A stretch of 64,000 nucleotides of DNA from Nitrosarchaeum sp. (GCA_965223865.1 OZ245020.1:1312001-1376000); one strand, 5' to 3'. Shown: positions 37,974 to 48,791, counted from the stretch's first letter. The notes: a model not told the origin generated them from the sequence alone. Made by a program: numbers and translations.

Positions 37974-38633
37974 TTGAGCAAAACTGAAAATAATAAAAAA
38001 TATCAATCAAGGATGGATGAATTAATCAAAACCATGAAAAATTCTGGTTATCTAAATGACAGTAAAGTCGAATGGGCAATTAGAAAAAATCCTAGACATG
38101 AATTCGTACCTGAATCTTTTCTTGATATTGCTTATGAGAATATCCCAATACCTTTAATAAAAAATCAAACTATTTCCCAGCCCATCGTAGTATCAAGAAT
38201 GACTGAATGGCTAAATGTTATGGATGGACAAAAAATCTTAGAGGTAGGCAGCGGCTCAGGTTGGCAATCTGCCATACTTTCGTTCTTGGTTGGTCAGGGT
38301 GAGGTTTTTTCCATTGAGAGACATCCTGAATTGGTAGAATTTGCCAGAAACAATTTGGACAAACTAGGAATAGAAAACGTCACTGTTATTTTGGGAGATG
38401 GTAGTATGGGATTTCCAAAAGAATCCCCTTTTGATAGAATAATTATTACTGCTGCTTGTAAAAAAATTCCAGATCAATTACTACGCCAATTATCTTTAAA
38501 CGGATTGTTAATTGCTCCAGTTGGCAAAAACCTTCAATCATTAATCTTAGTTAAAAAAACATCACAAGGAATTATGGAAATCGAGTGTCAACCTGGATAT
38601 TCCTTTGTACCTCTTTTTGATAAATTCAGCTAA
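37974..38633 (+). CDS. pcm: protein-L-isoaspartate O-methyltransferase
   Basis: [34 protein letters not shown]. Confidence 0.93.
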   Translation: MSKTENNKKYQSRMDELIKTMKNSGYLNDSKVEWAIRKNPRHEFVPESFLDIAYENIPIPLIKNQTISQPIVVSRMTEWLNVMDGQKILEVGSGSGWQSAILSFLVGQGEVFSIERHPELVEFARNNLDKLGIENVTVILGDGSMGFPKESPFDRIIITAACKKIPDQLLRQLSLNGLLIAPVGKNLQSLILVKKTSQGIMEIECQPGYSFVPLFDKFS

Positions 38634-38716
38634 ATTACAATAAGAATTCATTTTCATCATTTCTAAAATTGATAATTATCTATCTATTTTATGTCAAAAT
38701 TCACGTAATCATACCG

Positions 38717-39775
38717 ATGGAAAAAGATGCAATTCTCTATGAAAGATTACCAAATCACAAGGTAAGGTGTTTGGCATGTGCTCGTTATTGTGAACTTGGA
38801 GAAGATCAGATTGGATTGTGTGGGATTCGAGGCAATAAAGATGGAAGACTTGTTCTTTATGTATATGGGAAAGTAGCTGCTGCTCATATTGACCCAATTG
38901 AGAAAAAACCAGTAACTCATTTTATGCCCGGAAGTAAAATTTTCTCAATTGGAACTACAGGATGTAATTGGCTTTGTAAATATTGCATAAACTTTGATCT
39001 CAGTCAACGAAGAAAAATTGAAGGTGTAGATATTTCTCCCAAGGAGGTTGTAGACCAAGCAATTCAAAGGAATTGTCATGGTATTGCATATACCTACAAT
39101 GAACCAAGCATTTTTTTAGAATACGCAAGAGACTGTGGGGTTTTAGCGAGAAAGAAAGGATTGTTTAACATCTTTGTTTCAAATGGATATGATACGCCAG
39201 AATCTGTATCGATGATGGATCAATTTCTAGATAGTATCACCATTGACTTTAAAGGTAATGGAGAGGAAAAATTTGTCAGAAAATATGTAGGAATACCAAA
39301 CTCTCAACCAATTTTTGATACATTAATTGAAATTCGTGATAAGACAAAGATTCATGTCGAAATAACTGATTTGATTGTCCCACAGGTAGGAGACAGTCTT
39401 ATTCATGCCAAAAAATTATGTAAATTCATTTATGATGAGTTTGGACCTGACATGCCAATTCATTTCTTACAATTTCATCCATCATACAAGATGACAGAGT
39501 TTGAGTCCACACCTGTTGCAACTTTAGAGAAGCATCATGAGATTGCAAAAAAGGAAGGTTTGAGATATGCATATGTTGGAAACGTACCTGGGCATCCCTT
39601 AGAGCATACTTATTGCCATGAATGCAAAAAAATTGTGGTTAGAAGATATAATTTTGATATTTTAGAATGGAACCTAGATGAAAACAACCAATGTAAATAC
39701 TGTGGAAATCAAATCCCAATTGTAGGAAAATTAAATCTGTCTTACAAAGAACGAAGATTTGAGTTTGTCTTCTAA
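38717..39775 (+). CDS. amrS: AmmeMemoRadiSam system radical SAM enzyme
   Basis: N-terminal C..C...C......G.C..R, DPIEKKP, C...C..C, YTYNEP, YVGNV; start moved to MEKDAIL. Confidence 0.9.
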   Translation: MEKDAILYERLPNHKVRCLACARYCELGEDQIGLCGIRGNKDGRLVLYVYGKVAAAHIDPIEKKPVTHFMPGSKIFSIGTTGCNWLCKYCINFDLSQRRKIEGVDISPKEVVDQAIQRNCHGIAYTYNEPSIFLEYARDCGVLARKKGLFNIFVSNGYDTPESVSMMDQFLDSITIDFKGNGEEKFVRKYVGIPNSQPIFDTLIEIRDKTKIHVEITDLIVPQVGDSLIHAKKLCKFIYDEFGPDMPIHFLQFHPSYKMTEFESTPVATLEKHHEIAKKEGLRYAYVGNVPGHPLEHTYCHECKKIVVRRYNFDILEWNLDENNQCKYCGNQIPIVGKLNLSYKERRFEFVF

Positions 39776-39794
39776 TTTATTATAAAAATGAAGT

Positions 39795-40274
39795 TTAGTT
39801 ATGTGAATTAAGTTTCAGACTTTTATCTCCATTTACTATGAGAATTGGCACTTTGGAACTCTGAACAAGAGCATTTGATACACTACCTAATGAAGGACCT
39901 GTTATCTTGTTTGTCCCTCTACGTCCCATAACAACCAGATCAAATTTTTTCTTTTTTATTAGATTCAAAAGTTCAGCAGATGGAGTACCATAAAGTATGT
40001 GTTGATTAACTAATATTCCTTCTTTAAAGGCAGAATGTTTTGCATCTTTTAAGAATTTTTTTACATGACTGATCATTTTACCTTTGTAAGGTTGCACAAT
40101 TTTTGCCATTGCGTTATGATAGGAAATCACATGAACCACAGATATCGTACTATTTGATAATTGTGCTAAGGTAATTGCATAGATTAGTGCTCTTTTTGAA
40201 TTTGCAGAATTATCAAAAGGAACAAGAATGCTTTTCAAAGTTTTTGCCATTATATTTACACTATATTTAGACAT
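39795..40274 (-). CDS. universal stress protein (UspA)
   Basis: ILVPFD.S..S..AL, DLVVMG.RG, LGSVS..LV. Confidence 0.93.
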   Translation of the reverse strand: MSKYSVNIMAKTLKSILVPFDNSANSKRALIYAITLAQLSNSTISVVHVISYHNAMAKIVQPYKGKMISHVKKFLKDAKHSAFKEGILVNQHILYGTPSAELLNLIKKKKFDLVVMGRRGTNKITGPSLGSVSNALVQSSKVPILIVNGDKSLKLNSHN

Positions 40275-40569
40275 TAAATAAACTCAAGACAAATATCAAA
40301 GATGGTAAAAACAAAATTCCATTTTTCTTTAGAGTTCTAATCTGTGTTAAATAAGCAGATAGTTTTTCTTGCTCAAAAATATGAAAAACACCTCTATCCA
40401 GGATAATCAATTCACTATCAATAAATTCTGAATGAAATATCATCTACTACATAGGAAGCCTTTGGATACAATCTTTTTGCCCTTTCTATCACACTTTGAG
40501 ATAAATCTGAATCAATCACAACAAATCCTAAATTTACTAACTACATAGCTTGTGTTCCAAGCCCGTACC

Positions 40570-40612
40570 TAAATCCAAAAATCTCCCTTAGATTTTTGGA
40601 TTTATTTTTTTT
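40570..40612 (+). terminator. 15-bp perfect hairpin followed by a T-run
   Basis: TAAATCCAAAAATCT-ccctt-AGATTTTTGGATTTA then poly-T. Confidence 0.5.
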
Positions 40613-40761
40613 TGACATCTAAATCAAGATTCTTTTCAAACCAACATTTTTTCAACCTCCTTTTCTTTGTAAAACATGTTCCAATCAGGATTTTATTATT
40701 GTCATTTAATGTAATTTAAAAAAACAAAGCATATAATCTGTTAATAGATTTAAGTTTAGAA

Positions 40762-41013
40762 TTATTTTGAAGTAAGAATGCTTACTAGTTCATTAATCTC
40801 TTGAATTTTATCTTCTAATGACTTGAATTGTGATAAATCCGAGTAATCAGATACCTCATTTAGCTTATCGATAATATTTGGCTTGACCGCGTATTTCTTA
40901 ATCTCTTTTGACAAGATTTTGCATTGTTCATCAAGTTTTATCTTATCTTGAGTTTGTAAGGCATCTTTAATTTCACATAGATCTTGTGCTATAATGTTTT
41001 CATTTTTCTCCAT
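40762..41013 (-). CDS. hypothetical protein
   Basis: 83-aa helical ORF. Confidence 0.55.
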   Translation of the reverse strand: MEKNENIIAQDLCEIKDALQTQDKIKLDEQCKILSKEIKKYAVKPNIIDKLNEVSDYSDLSQFKSLEDKIQEINELVSILTSK

Positions 41014-41370
41014 ACGTGATAAATTTTAAGAGCTAAAAATAATCTTTTTTATAAAATTTGTAACGCAAAATTCGTCTTTTTTAGGATATTTTTGAAAAGT
41101 TAAAACTTTGAAAATTATTGTTTGAAATAATTACAAATTTTTTCATTTATAATTCAAGTAATTAACTAGCAGATATTAAAAATAAACAAAGATCATTTCA
41201 ATGCAAAACCTGTCAAAAATTTTTACCAATCTCAAAAATAAAACATCACGTTTTGAATAAGTATTTTGGACTTAATATTTGATCATCGGGATTTAGAAAA
41301 TAATGTAATATAGTGTTATGAAAACCAATTTTTAGATCAAGCTTATTTACAATGAATATTATTTTATAAT

Positions 41371-41787
41371 ATGAGTAAATCAACAGACGAGAAAAAAGAT
41401 ATTTTTACAGAATGCAAAAAGAACACTGAAAAATTTTTTAACGAAATTGATAAATCCTCACCAGTTTATCATCAAATAACAACTGACATACAAAAAAGCT
41501 ATTTTGAGGCATGGAAGAATGTAATCAATTCATCAATTGCTTTACAACAAGAATTTGCTACCAAATCAGGTCTGAATGTTAATGTTTCTGAAGAGACGCT
41601 AAAGGCAATTCAAAATATGACTGATAGAGCAGTATCTGCATACCAAAGTCAGAACAAATTCGCTATGGATTCTACTGAAGCATCAAAAAAAATATTTGAT
41701 GTATTTAATGAAAATACCAAAGTTTTTGCCTCCCTGAATAAAAATATGATAGAACTGATGGAATCTGTTTTGAAAAAAAATTCATAA
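41371..41787 (+). CDS. phasin-like amphipathic helical protein
   Basis: All-helical Q/N/K-rich protein with P.YHQ..T..Q..Y...W pattern common in thaumarchaea. Confidence 0.6.
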   Translation: MSKSTDEKKDIFTECKKNTEKFFNEIDKSSPVYHQITTDIQKSYFEAWKNVINSSIALQQEFATKSGLNVNVSEETLKAIQNMTDRAVSAYQSQNKFAMDSTEASKKIFDVFNENTKVFASLNKNMIELMESVLKKNS

Positions 41788-41926
41788 AAAACCAAACTTA
41801 TCTTTTCTCATTTTTTCCTATCAAATAGGAACTCTATTTCTAATTAGTTTCAATGAATTCAATGCACGTCTAACAATTCCTCTATGAAAAATAAAAAAAT
41901 TAACTGTAATAATTATTTGATTTCAT

Positions 41927-42181
41927 TTAATCTTCTATATCCCTCATTTGTCTTCTAAGTTTTTGTTCATTTCTTTGCCAAATTTCTATCATTTTTTCAT
42001 TAAAGGTGATTTCTTCTTTGATTTTCATTGTATCGTCAAAAGCCATTCCTTCTAATTGTTGTTCTAGCTGATCTTTCTTGTCTTGATGAAACTGAATGTT
42101 TGTCAATATTTCATTTAGCTTTTTTTCTTGATATTGTCTTACCCTTTTTTTAAAAAATTCCAACATAGAATTTAGATTCAA
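41927..42181 (-). CDS. coiled-coil hypothetical protein
   Basis: 84-aa heptad-rich ORF. Confidence 0.65.
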   Translation of the reverse strand: MNLNSMLEFFKKRVRQYQEKKLNEILTNIQFHQDKKDQLEQQLEGMAFDDTMKIKEEITFNEKMIEIWQRNEQKLRRQMRDIED

Positions 42182-42400
42182 TCTAACTAAAATTTATTTT
42201 TGATAATTTGTGAAAATGATAAACTCTAAAAACTCAAGGGCAATTTGTCTTCGTTTTGTGATTATACATTAACTTGTTTAGACTTATGATTAAAAAGGTG
42301 TCTTTACACTTTGAAGTATTTTAAGAATTCCTAGTCAGAGTAAAAACCAAACAATTAAGATCATGTATTGTTTATTTTAAAATTTGAGAATTTTGGGATT

Positions 42401-43486
42401 TTATTTTTTCAAATAACTATTTTTTAATCTTAATTTTTTGAACCAAAAACTACCAAAGCTGTTAGGATCTTTCTTATTGGAAATGGTTGGTGTTGGTTTT
42501 TCAACAAAGATTCCTTGTGGGCGGTACAAAAGCACTACTAGTAAAATAATCCCAAGTAGTAAAAAGCCAAGCCAGACGACATCAAATGGGACAAACCCCT
42601 CAAAGGAATTCTTGAAAAATATGATTAGCTTTCGAATTGTCACAAAGATCAAAGTTCCTACTATGACCCCTTTGTTGTTTGCAAGCCCCCCAATGAGAAT
42701 CATGAGAAATGGCCAAAATGTCCAGCTTGCTATATCATAAGCAAATGCGATAGTTCCTCCAACATAAAATGCGTATAGTGCTCCGCCTATTGCTGCAAGT
42801 GCAGCTGAGACCATAATTACTTTGATTCGAATCTGTGTAGTATTTTTTCCAAGAGATTCTGCTGCAACTTCATTGTCTCGTACCGCACGAAGTAATCTCC
42901 CAAGTGGAGAACGAATCAACTTTTCACTATACGCAAAGACAGTAATTGCAATTAGGATCATTCCAAGTGTAGCTACTGGAAAACGAATATCATCTGGTAA
43001 AAATGTCAACGGATCAGGTACCTGAACACCTAGTGTTCCCCCAACTAATGGCGTAAAGTTGTTTCCAATAATTCTAATGCTCTCACCAAAGGCAAGGAGG
43101 GTGATTGCCAAATAATCTCCTCTCAGTCGTATTGCAGGGTATGATGTAAGAAGGCCCAATCCTCCACCAACTCCTGCAGCAATACCTAAAGTTAAAAAGA
43201 AAACAGCAAAGCCAACACCAATATTGTCAACTAACCAAACATTAATCTGCGAAACTATGAGCAAGTTATCTGCAATATAGTCTCCCTCTATTCCTGCAAG
43301 GCTTGCAAAAATTCTTCCAGGAATCGATGCTGCTACAAATGCACCAGCACCGACTGCAAGAACCTTTCCAAAGTTTGGAATTCCAGTATATCCAAATTCT
43401 AAATTCAAGCTAAGATTAACAATTGCATATACTGCAAATATTGCAAGCAAGTCTACAATGAAAACTGTTTCAGGACCTAGAACCAT
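42401..43486 (-). CDS. livM: branched-chain amino acid ABC permease (LivM type)
   Basis: LNL.FGYTG..NFG, RLRGDYLAI.LLAFGE, RSPLGR.LRAVRDNE.AA.SLG. Confidence 0.9.
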   Translation of the reverse strand: MVLGPETVFIVDLLAIFAVYAIVNLSLNLEFGYTGIPNFGKVLAVGAGAFVAASIPGRIFASLAGIEGDYIADNLLIVSQINVWLVDNIGVGFAVFFLTLGIAAGVGGGLGLLTSYPAIRLRGDYLAITLLAFGESIRIIGNNFTPLVGGTLGVQVPDPLTFLPDDIRFPVATLGMILIAITVFAYSEKLIRSPLGRLLRAVRDNEVAAESLGKNTTQIRIKVIMVSAALAAIGGALYAFYVGGTIAFAYDIASWTFWPFLMILIGGLANNKGVIVGTLIFVTIRKLIIFFKNSFEGFVPFDVVWLGFLLLGIILLVVLLYRPQGIFVEKPTPTISNKKDPNSFGSFWFKKLRLKNSYLKK

Positions 43487-44329
43487 ATCTCCTCAACTTT
43501 GACCAATTAATTCCTGCCAAACCTTGTGGTGCAAGCAGTAGTGTGACTACAATGAAAACAAGTGGAATGAGGGGCCTGTATGCAATTAACCACGAACCAA
43601 ATTCGCCTGCCAAAAACCGCGTTCCTAAAACTTCGATTAGTCCTAAAAGAATACCTCCTACTATTGCACCATAAATACTAAGAAATCCCCCAACAATACT
43701 AGCTGCAAATACACTTGGTATTAGCAGCGGACCTAGGTTTGGGTCCCCTGAAACCACAATGACATTAATGCACCTGCAATTCCAGCAAATCCCCCTCCTA
43801 GCAACCAAGATGCTCCATAAACTAGCTTGACATTGATTCCTACAGTCTCTGCTAAATCTGAGTTTTGAGTTGCAGCCCTCATGGCTATGCCAAATTTTGT
43901 TTTCTTTAACATAACATGCAAAGTTATACCTAAAATTGCAATAGTAATGGGGGCAACAAATACTATCAAAGGAAGTCCCATAAACTCTGCATCATAACTT
44001 CGCAAAGTAAACTCCCTTGATGTAACTTGGAAAGTCTTTACGATAAAATCTGCTGTAATATTTAGCAGAGCAATTACAACTAAATCAAATGCCAAAGTAG
44101 CAATCATCAGAATTGCTTGGGATGAACCTTTCCTAATTAGTGGTTTTAAAATAAAGTGGTACAGAGATAATGCAACTAATCCAGATATTACAAAAGCAAT
44201 AGGAATTGCAATGTATGGAATAACATCCCAAACTCTAGTTGCTATTAGTGCAATGTAAACACCAATTGTTGCAAAAGAGGCATGCGCAAAGTTTGGTACT
44301 CGAGTGGTTAGATATGTAAGAGTCAGCAT
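43470..44329 (-). pseudogene. livH: branched-chain amino acid ABC permease (LivH type), frameshifted and 5'-truncated
   Basis: LTLTY....NFAH, TKFG.AMRA; ORFs 43733-44329 and 43470-43808 join as WFQGDPNLG if one G is added at ~43745. Confidence 0.85.
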
Positions 44330-44633
44330 ATGCCGAAATTGGATAAAGTACCAAAATCATCATTGCTGTAGAAAGTAAAAAGAATTCTTTTCTCACAAGT
44401 TGAAAATTGTGTAATAAAAGATAAACATATTGGATGAATTACAAATAATTGTTTTACTTTATTCATATAACATTCAAGTTCATCCAAAAATGAATCCTCT
44501 TCAATATTTGGGTACTAATGAGCCTAAAGAGACTCACCCACCAAATTGGGGATATAAATGGACGTAGATGAGTGTGAAACTCAACTTCAATGTGTAACAT
44601 CGTCAATTTGTTGTACAGGATCTTATGAATAAA

Positions 44634-44975
44634 TTAAACTGGTTTATTTTGCAAACTAATTTTTTGATTTACTATCTTGAAGGCATTCTTTGTCAATACA
44701 TCAAAACCTGCGATGGATGCAATCAGACTTGCAATTATAGTCAGTTCTGACAAGTCAGATAGCATTTGATCTTGAATGGCTTCGATTTGAGGACCAATTA
44801 TTGTAATTCCAACAATAAATGCAATAATGGTGGATGCTAATGCACTTCTTGTATCATAGTGTTCTTTAGATTTTAGCCAGCCAAGAAGATTCTGTAATAT
44901 CACCCCAATAGTTACTATAACTATGGTGGCAATTACTGGAGATAATCCAAAAACATCCATACTTGAATTATGCAA
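44634..44975 (-). CDS. small 3-TM membrane protein
   Basis: Three hydrophobic segments. Confidence 0.7.
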   Translation of the reverse strand: MHNSSMDVFGLSPVIATIVIVTIGVILQNLLGWLKSKEHYDTRSALASTIIAFIVGITIIGPQIEAIQDQMLSDLSELTIIASLIASIAGFDVLTKNAFKIVNQKISLQNKPV

Positions 44976-45121
44976 AAAATACTAAAGTAGATTAGTTATA
45001 ATTTATGAGTGAATCTTAATATTGACTTCTTTTACTGTTATGTTTTGTGAATGCATAATCTTATACAAGATTAAGGAATACTTGAAGTAATCATTAAGCT
45101 ATTTTCTTTTTTATGGTTAAC

Positions 45122-45580
45122 TTAATTTTTTGTAATTAAGAGAGGCTTCTCATATTCTGTGATTGGTTCTGATGCAATTTGGAAGTTGGTGAAATTTATT
45201 TGCATGCGTAAATCAGTCAATGTTTTTAGCATTATACTACGTTTTACTGGTTTTTTCAAATATGAGTACAATCCATGTTTTTGCCATTTTTCTAATTCAG
45301 TATTATCAAAATCAACACCTGAAAACAAGAAAACAGTTGTTTTTTTGAACACTTGATTTTCTTTAAGTTGAGCCAAAATTTGTTTTCCATCAAAATCGCC
45401 TAAAGGAACGTCAACAAAAACTGCATCATATGATTTATTTTCAATGTGTTGTAATCCTGTTTTGAGTGTGGTTGCTCCAACTGCAGAGAAACCTTTAATC
45501 TGTAACATCTTTGTAAATACACGTACAAGGTAAGGATTGTCATCAATTATCAGAATCTTCATATTTTGTATAATTGACAT
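45122..45580 (-). CDS. CheY-like response regulator receiver
   Basis: ILIIDD, YD.VFVD.P, DG..IL, YL.KP. Confidence 0.88.
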   Translation of the reverse strand: MSIIQNMKILIIDDNPYLVRVFTKMLQIKGFSAVGATTLKTGLQHIENKSYDAVFVDVPLGDFDGKQILAQLKENQVFKKTTVFLFSGVDFDNTELEKWQKHGLYSYLKKPVKRSIMLKTLTDLRMQINFTNFQIASEPITEYEKPLLITKN

Positions 45581-45712
45581 TGAAAATTTTATTTCATCAT
45601 AATTATTAATTAATTCTACTCTTTGTAACGTCTTGTTATGTAGAAATACATAAATCCATCTGGATTGGTTTTCGGCAACAACATAATGGATGTAAAAAAA
45701 GATAAAGTATGG

Positions 45713-46096
45713 TTAGCATGCTTTGAGAGTTTGCCAAATTCCAATTACATTTCCTTCGGTATCGGCAACTCTAGCATACAAACCAAAATCTCCAACTTGC
45801 ATTTTTGGCATTACTGTTTTACCCCCTGCAGATTCTACTTTTGAAATGTGTTCATCTATAGATGAAACATCAATTACAATTACAGGATGTTCTCCTGTAG
45901 GGTCCTTTTTGAGTAAACCGCCATTGATTGCACCCGGTTCCTTTGGCTTCATATTCTCATCACTTGGAGTAGTAGTAGCAAGATAGTAATCCATTTCAGG
46001 AAATTTGGTTATTTGCCAACCAAAAACGTCTTGGTAGAACTTTTGTGCTCGAGTTTCATCATCAAAAGGGATCTCAAAATGTACAACTTTGTTCAT
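45713..46096 (-). CDS. VOC/glyoxalase family protein
   Basis: VVHFEI, FY..VFGW, INGG, DTEGN.IG.WQ. Confidence 0.9.
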   Translation of the reverse strand: MNKVVHFEIPFDDETRAQKFYQDVFGWQITKFPEMDYYLATTTPSDENMKPKEPGAINGGLLKKDPTGEHPVIVIDVSSIDEHISKVESAGGKTVMPKMQVGDFGLYARVADTEGNVIGIWQTLKAC

Positions 46097-46193
46097 ACCA
46101 GAACAAAATGTTGATAGTTGATAATCTTTTTTCCAATAGATTCAATTTCTAAGAGAATTGAATTATTAAAATTCATAATATTAGAAATTCATA

Positions 46194-46216
46194 TGGGCCC
46201 ACGGGGATTTGAACCC
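46194..46216 (-). other. isolated tRNA 3' fragment (possible att-site scar)
   Basis: Minus strand GGGTTCAAATCCCCGTGGGCCCA = T-loop, T-stem 3' strand, acceptor 3' strand and discriminator; the rest of the tRNA is absent. Confidence 0.7.
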
Positions 46217-46268
46217 ATATTAAGAAAACTCCACTAATTGTATTTTTTAAAAAATCCAGCGTCTTTAT

Positions 46269-47867
46269 CTAAAAGACCTCTTTTGGACGATATTCTCCAA
46301 ATACTTCTCTGAATGTGTTACTAATCTCACCAGTTGTTGCATATGATTTAGCAGCTGTAATGATGTATGGCATTAGATTCTTATCCGTATCTGCAGCACT
46401 TTTCATAGCAGATAATGCCTTTTCTAATTTCTTATTATCTCTAGATGATCTTAGTTTTTTGAGTTCTTTCTTTTGTTGAATCTCAATTCTGTCATCAATT
46501 CGCAAAAGTTCTGGCTGTTCTTCTTTTTCAGAATATTTGTTTACCCCCACCAAGATTCTATCGCCCTCATCAGTCTCTTTCTTTAAACGATATGCATTTT
46601 GTCTGATTTCAGACTGGAAGAATCCTTTCTCAATTGCCTTGACAGAACCTCCCATCTTTTGAATTTTTTTAAGATATTTCCAAACTCCGTCTTCTATTTG
46701 ATCACAGAGTTCCTCAAGATAGTGAGAGCCTGACATGGGGTCTGCAGTCTTTGTAATGCCACTTTCGTGGGCCACAATCTGTTGTGTTCTTAGGGCAATT
46801 TTTGCAGATTCTTGTGTAGGTAAAGCAAGTGCCTCATCTCTAGAATTTGTGTGAAGTGATTGAGTTCCGCCCATTACTGCCGCCATTGTTTGAATAGCTA
46901 CTCTAACAATATTGTTATCTGGTTGTTGAGCAGTAAGAGATTCTCCACTTGTTTGAGTATGGAATTTTAGTTGCATGGATTTTGGATCTTTTGCATGGAA
47001 CATCTCTTTGAGAATTTTTGCATAAACTTTTCTTGCTACTCTAAACTTTGCAACTTCTTCAAAGAATTCAATTGTACAGCAGAAGAAAAATGATAGACGT
47101 GGTGCAAAGTCATCAATTTTGAGCCCTCTGTCAATACATGTCTGAATGTATGCTATTGCATTTGCAAGTGTAAATGCAACTTCTTGTGTAGCAGTACAGC
47201 CTGCCTCTCTCATATGATATCCAGAAATAGATACAGGATACCATTGAGGAACTTTTTGTGCACAATACCCAATCATATCTCCAATTAATCTCATTGATGG
47301 TTGAGGGGGATAGATGTAGGTGTTTCGTGCAATGTATTCTTTTAGAATATCATTTTGTGTAGTTCCACGTAGCTGTTCGCTTTTAAATCCTTGAGACTCT
47401 CCTACTGCGATATAATATGCAAGTAAGGTTGATGCTGTAGAATTAATTGTCATAGATGAGCTGACTTTACCAAGAGGAATCCCATCAAATGCCGTCATCA
47501 TATCTTTTAGAGATGCAATAGATACCCCTACTTTTCCTACTTCGCCTTCTGCTTGTGGGGAATCTGGATCATATCCAATCTGAGTTGGAAGATCAAAAGC
47601 CATGCTGAGACCTGTCTGGCCCTTTTCAAGCATAAACTTGAAGCGTTCATTTGTAAGCTTTGCATCCCCAAATCCAGAATATTGACGCATCGTCCAGAAT
47701 CTATCACGATACATTCCAGGATGAATTCCTCGCGTGAATGGATATTTTCCAGAGTCCTCAGTAGGTCTCTTTTTTGAGGATTTTTGATAAATTCTTTTTA
47801 CAGGAAAATTTGAATCAGTAAAAATTTTCTTTTCTGGTTGTTTGGGTTTTGATTTTTTTTCTGCCAT
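46269..47867 (-). CDS. mcmA: methylmalonyl-CoA mutase, large (catalytic) subunit
   Basis: YPFTRG, WTMRQYSGFG, GLS.AFDLPTQ, QNDILKE, ISGYH.REAG, QSLHTN. Confidence 0.95.
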   Translation of the reverse strand: MAEKKSKPKQPEKKIFTDSNFPVKRIYQKSSKKRPTEDSGKYPFTRGIHPGMYRDRFWTMRQYSGFGDAKLTNERFKFMLEKGQTGLSMAFDLPTQIGYDPDSPQAEGEVGKVGVSIASLKDMMTAFDGIPLGKVSSSMTINSTASTLLAYYIAVGESQGFKSEQLRGTTQNDILKEYIARNTYIYPPQPSMRLIGDMIGYCAQKVPQWYPVSISGYHMREAGCTATQEVAFTLANAIAYIQTCIDRGLKIDDFAPRLSFFFCCTIEFFEEVAKFRVARKVYAKILKEMFHAKDPKSMQLKFHTQTSGESLTAQQPDNNIVRVAIQTMAAVMGGTQSLHTNSRDEALALPTQESAKIALRTQQIVAHESGITKTADPMSGSHYLEELCDQIEDGVWKYLKKIQKMGGSVKAIEKGFFQSEIRQNAYRLKKETDEGDRILVGVNKYSEKEEQPELLRIDDRIEIQQKKELKKLRSSRDNKKLEKALSAMKSAADTDKNLMPYIITAAKSYATTGEISNTFREVFGEYRPKEVF

Positions 47868-47873
47868 AATTTC

Positions 47874-48791
47874 TCACTTTACCAACGACTTTGTAATTTT
47901 ATCTGCTGCTTCAAAGGGATCAATATTTTTTGTTTGTAGTTTGTTTAGATATTTTGAAAATGTCTTATCAGAATCTAGCATTTCATTCATCTTTTCTTTT
48001 ATGTTATTTAAAACAATATCCTTGAGTTCAGTTTCGAGTCTTTCTTGATCTTTTTCTTTTTTGAATTTCTTTTTATCGCCCATCATCTTTTTTAGAGTTT
48101 TGGCAAATTCTGTAATTCCCCTGTTTTTCTTTACTGATGTTTTTAAAATTACTGGGTTTCTCTCAGAGGCACCAATAAAATCCCTTACAGCATCAAATAA
48201 TTGATTTGTTCCATCCAAATCGCTTTTGTTTACTAGATAAATATCTCCAATTTCAGTTAAGCCTGCCTTGATTGTTTGTATGCTGTCTCCTGTATGTGGG
48301 TTAAAAACAACTACTGTAATATCAGCAATATTTGAAATTTCTACCTCTGTTTGGCCTGCACCTACGCTCTCAATAATAATTGGATTAAATCCGGCATACT
48401 CTAAAATTCGAATACTGTTTCTTAAAGAACGTGAAACAGCTCCAGTTGCACCTCGTGAGGCAATACTTCGAATATAAGTACCAGAATCCGTAGATTCACT
48501 CATCCTTACTCTATCGCCTAATATGGCTCCGCCTGTAACATGACTAGTAGGATCTACTGCAAGTACTGCTGGCTTCGTTCTTAATTTTCTCATAGCGACT
48601 GCTGTTTTGTTAATTAGTGAACTCTTTCCAGCTCCTGCAGGTCCTGTAATTCCAATAACCATGGAGTTGCCCGTATTTTTGAAAATTTTCTTAAGAATTT
48701 TTTTTGCTTCAGGTTGATCATTTTCTACTATGGTGATTGCCTTTGCAATTGCACCACGTTTTCCTTTTTTTAACTCTGCAAGTAAATCCAA
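47874..48791 (-). CDS. meaB: MeaB/ArgK mutase-associated GTPase
   Basis: GITG.AGAGKS, AVDP.S..TGGAILGDR.RM, ESVGAGQ, NKSD. Confidence 0.93.
   Translation of the reverse strand: MDLLAELKKGKRGAIAKAITIVENDQPEAKKILKKIFKNTGNSMVIGITGPAGAGKSSLINKTAVAMRKLRTKPAVLAVDPTSHVTGGAILGDRVRMSESTDSGTYIRSIASRGATGAVSRSLRNSIRILEYAGFNPIIIESVGAGQTEVEISNIADITVVVFNPHTGDSIQTIKAGLTEIGDIYLVNKSDLDGTNQLFDAVRDFIGASERNPVILKTSVKKNRGITEFAKTLKKMMGDKKKFKKEKDQERLETELKDIVLNNIKEKMNEMLDSDKTFSKYLNKLQTKNIDPFEAADKITKSLVK

Noticed and set aside
44548-44556. GGGGATATA, matching the first 9 bp of the element TIR
   Set aside because: Similarity stops after 9 bp, no partner end or target duplication was found, and it reads as part of a coding-like remnant (NWGYKW)
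46194-46216. Complete tRNA gene
   Set aside because: Only the T-loop through discriminator is present; there is no D-arm, anticodon arm or 5' acceptor strand
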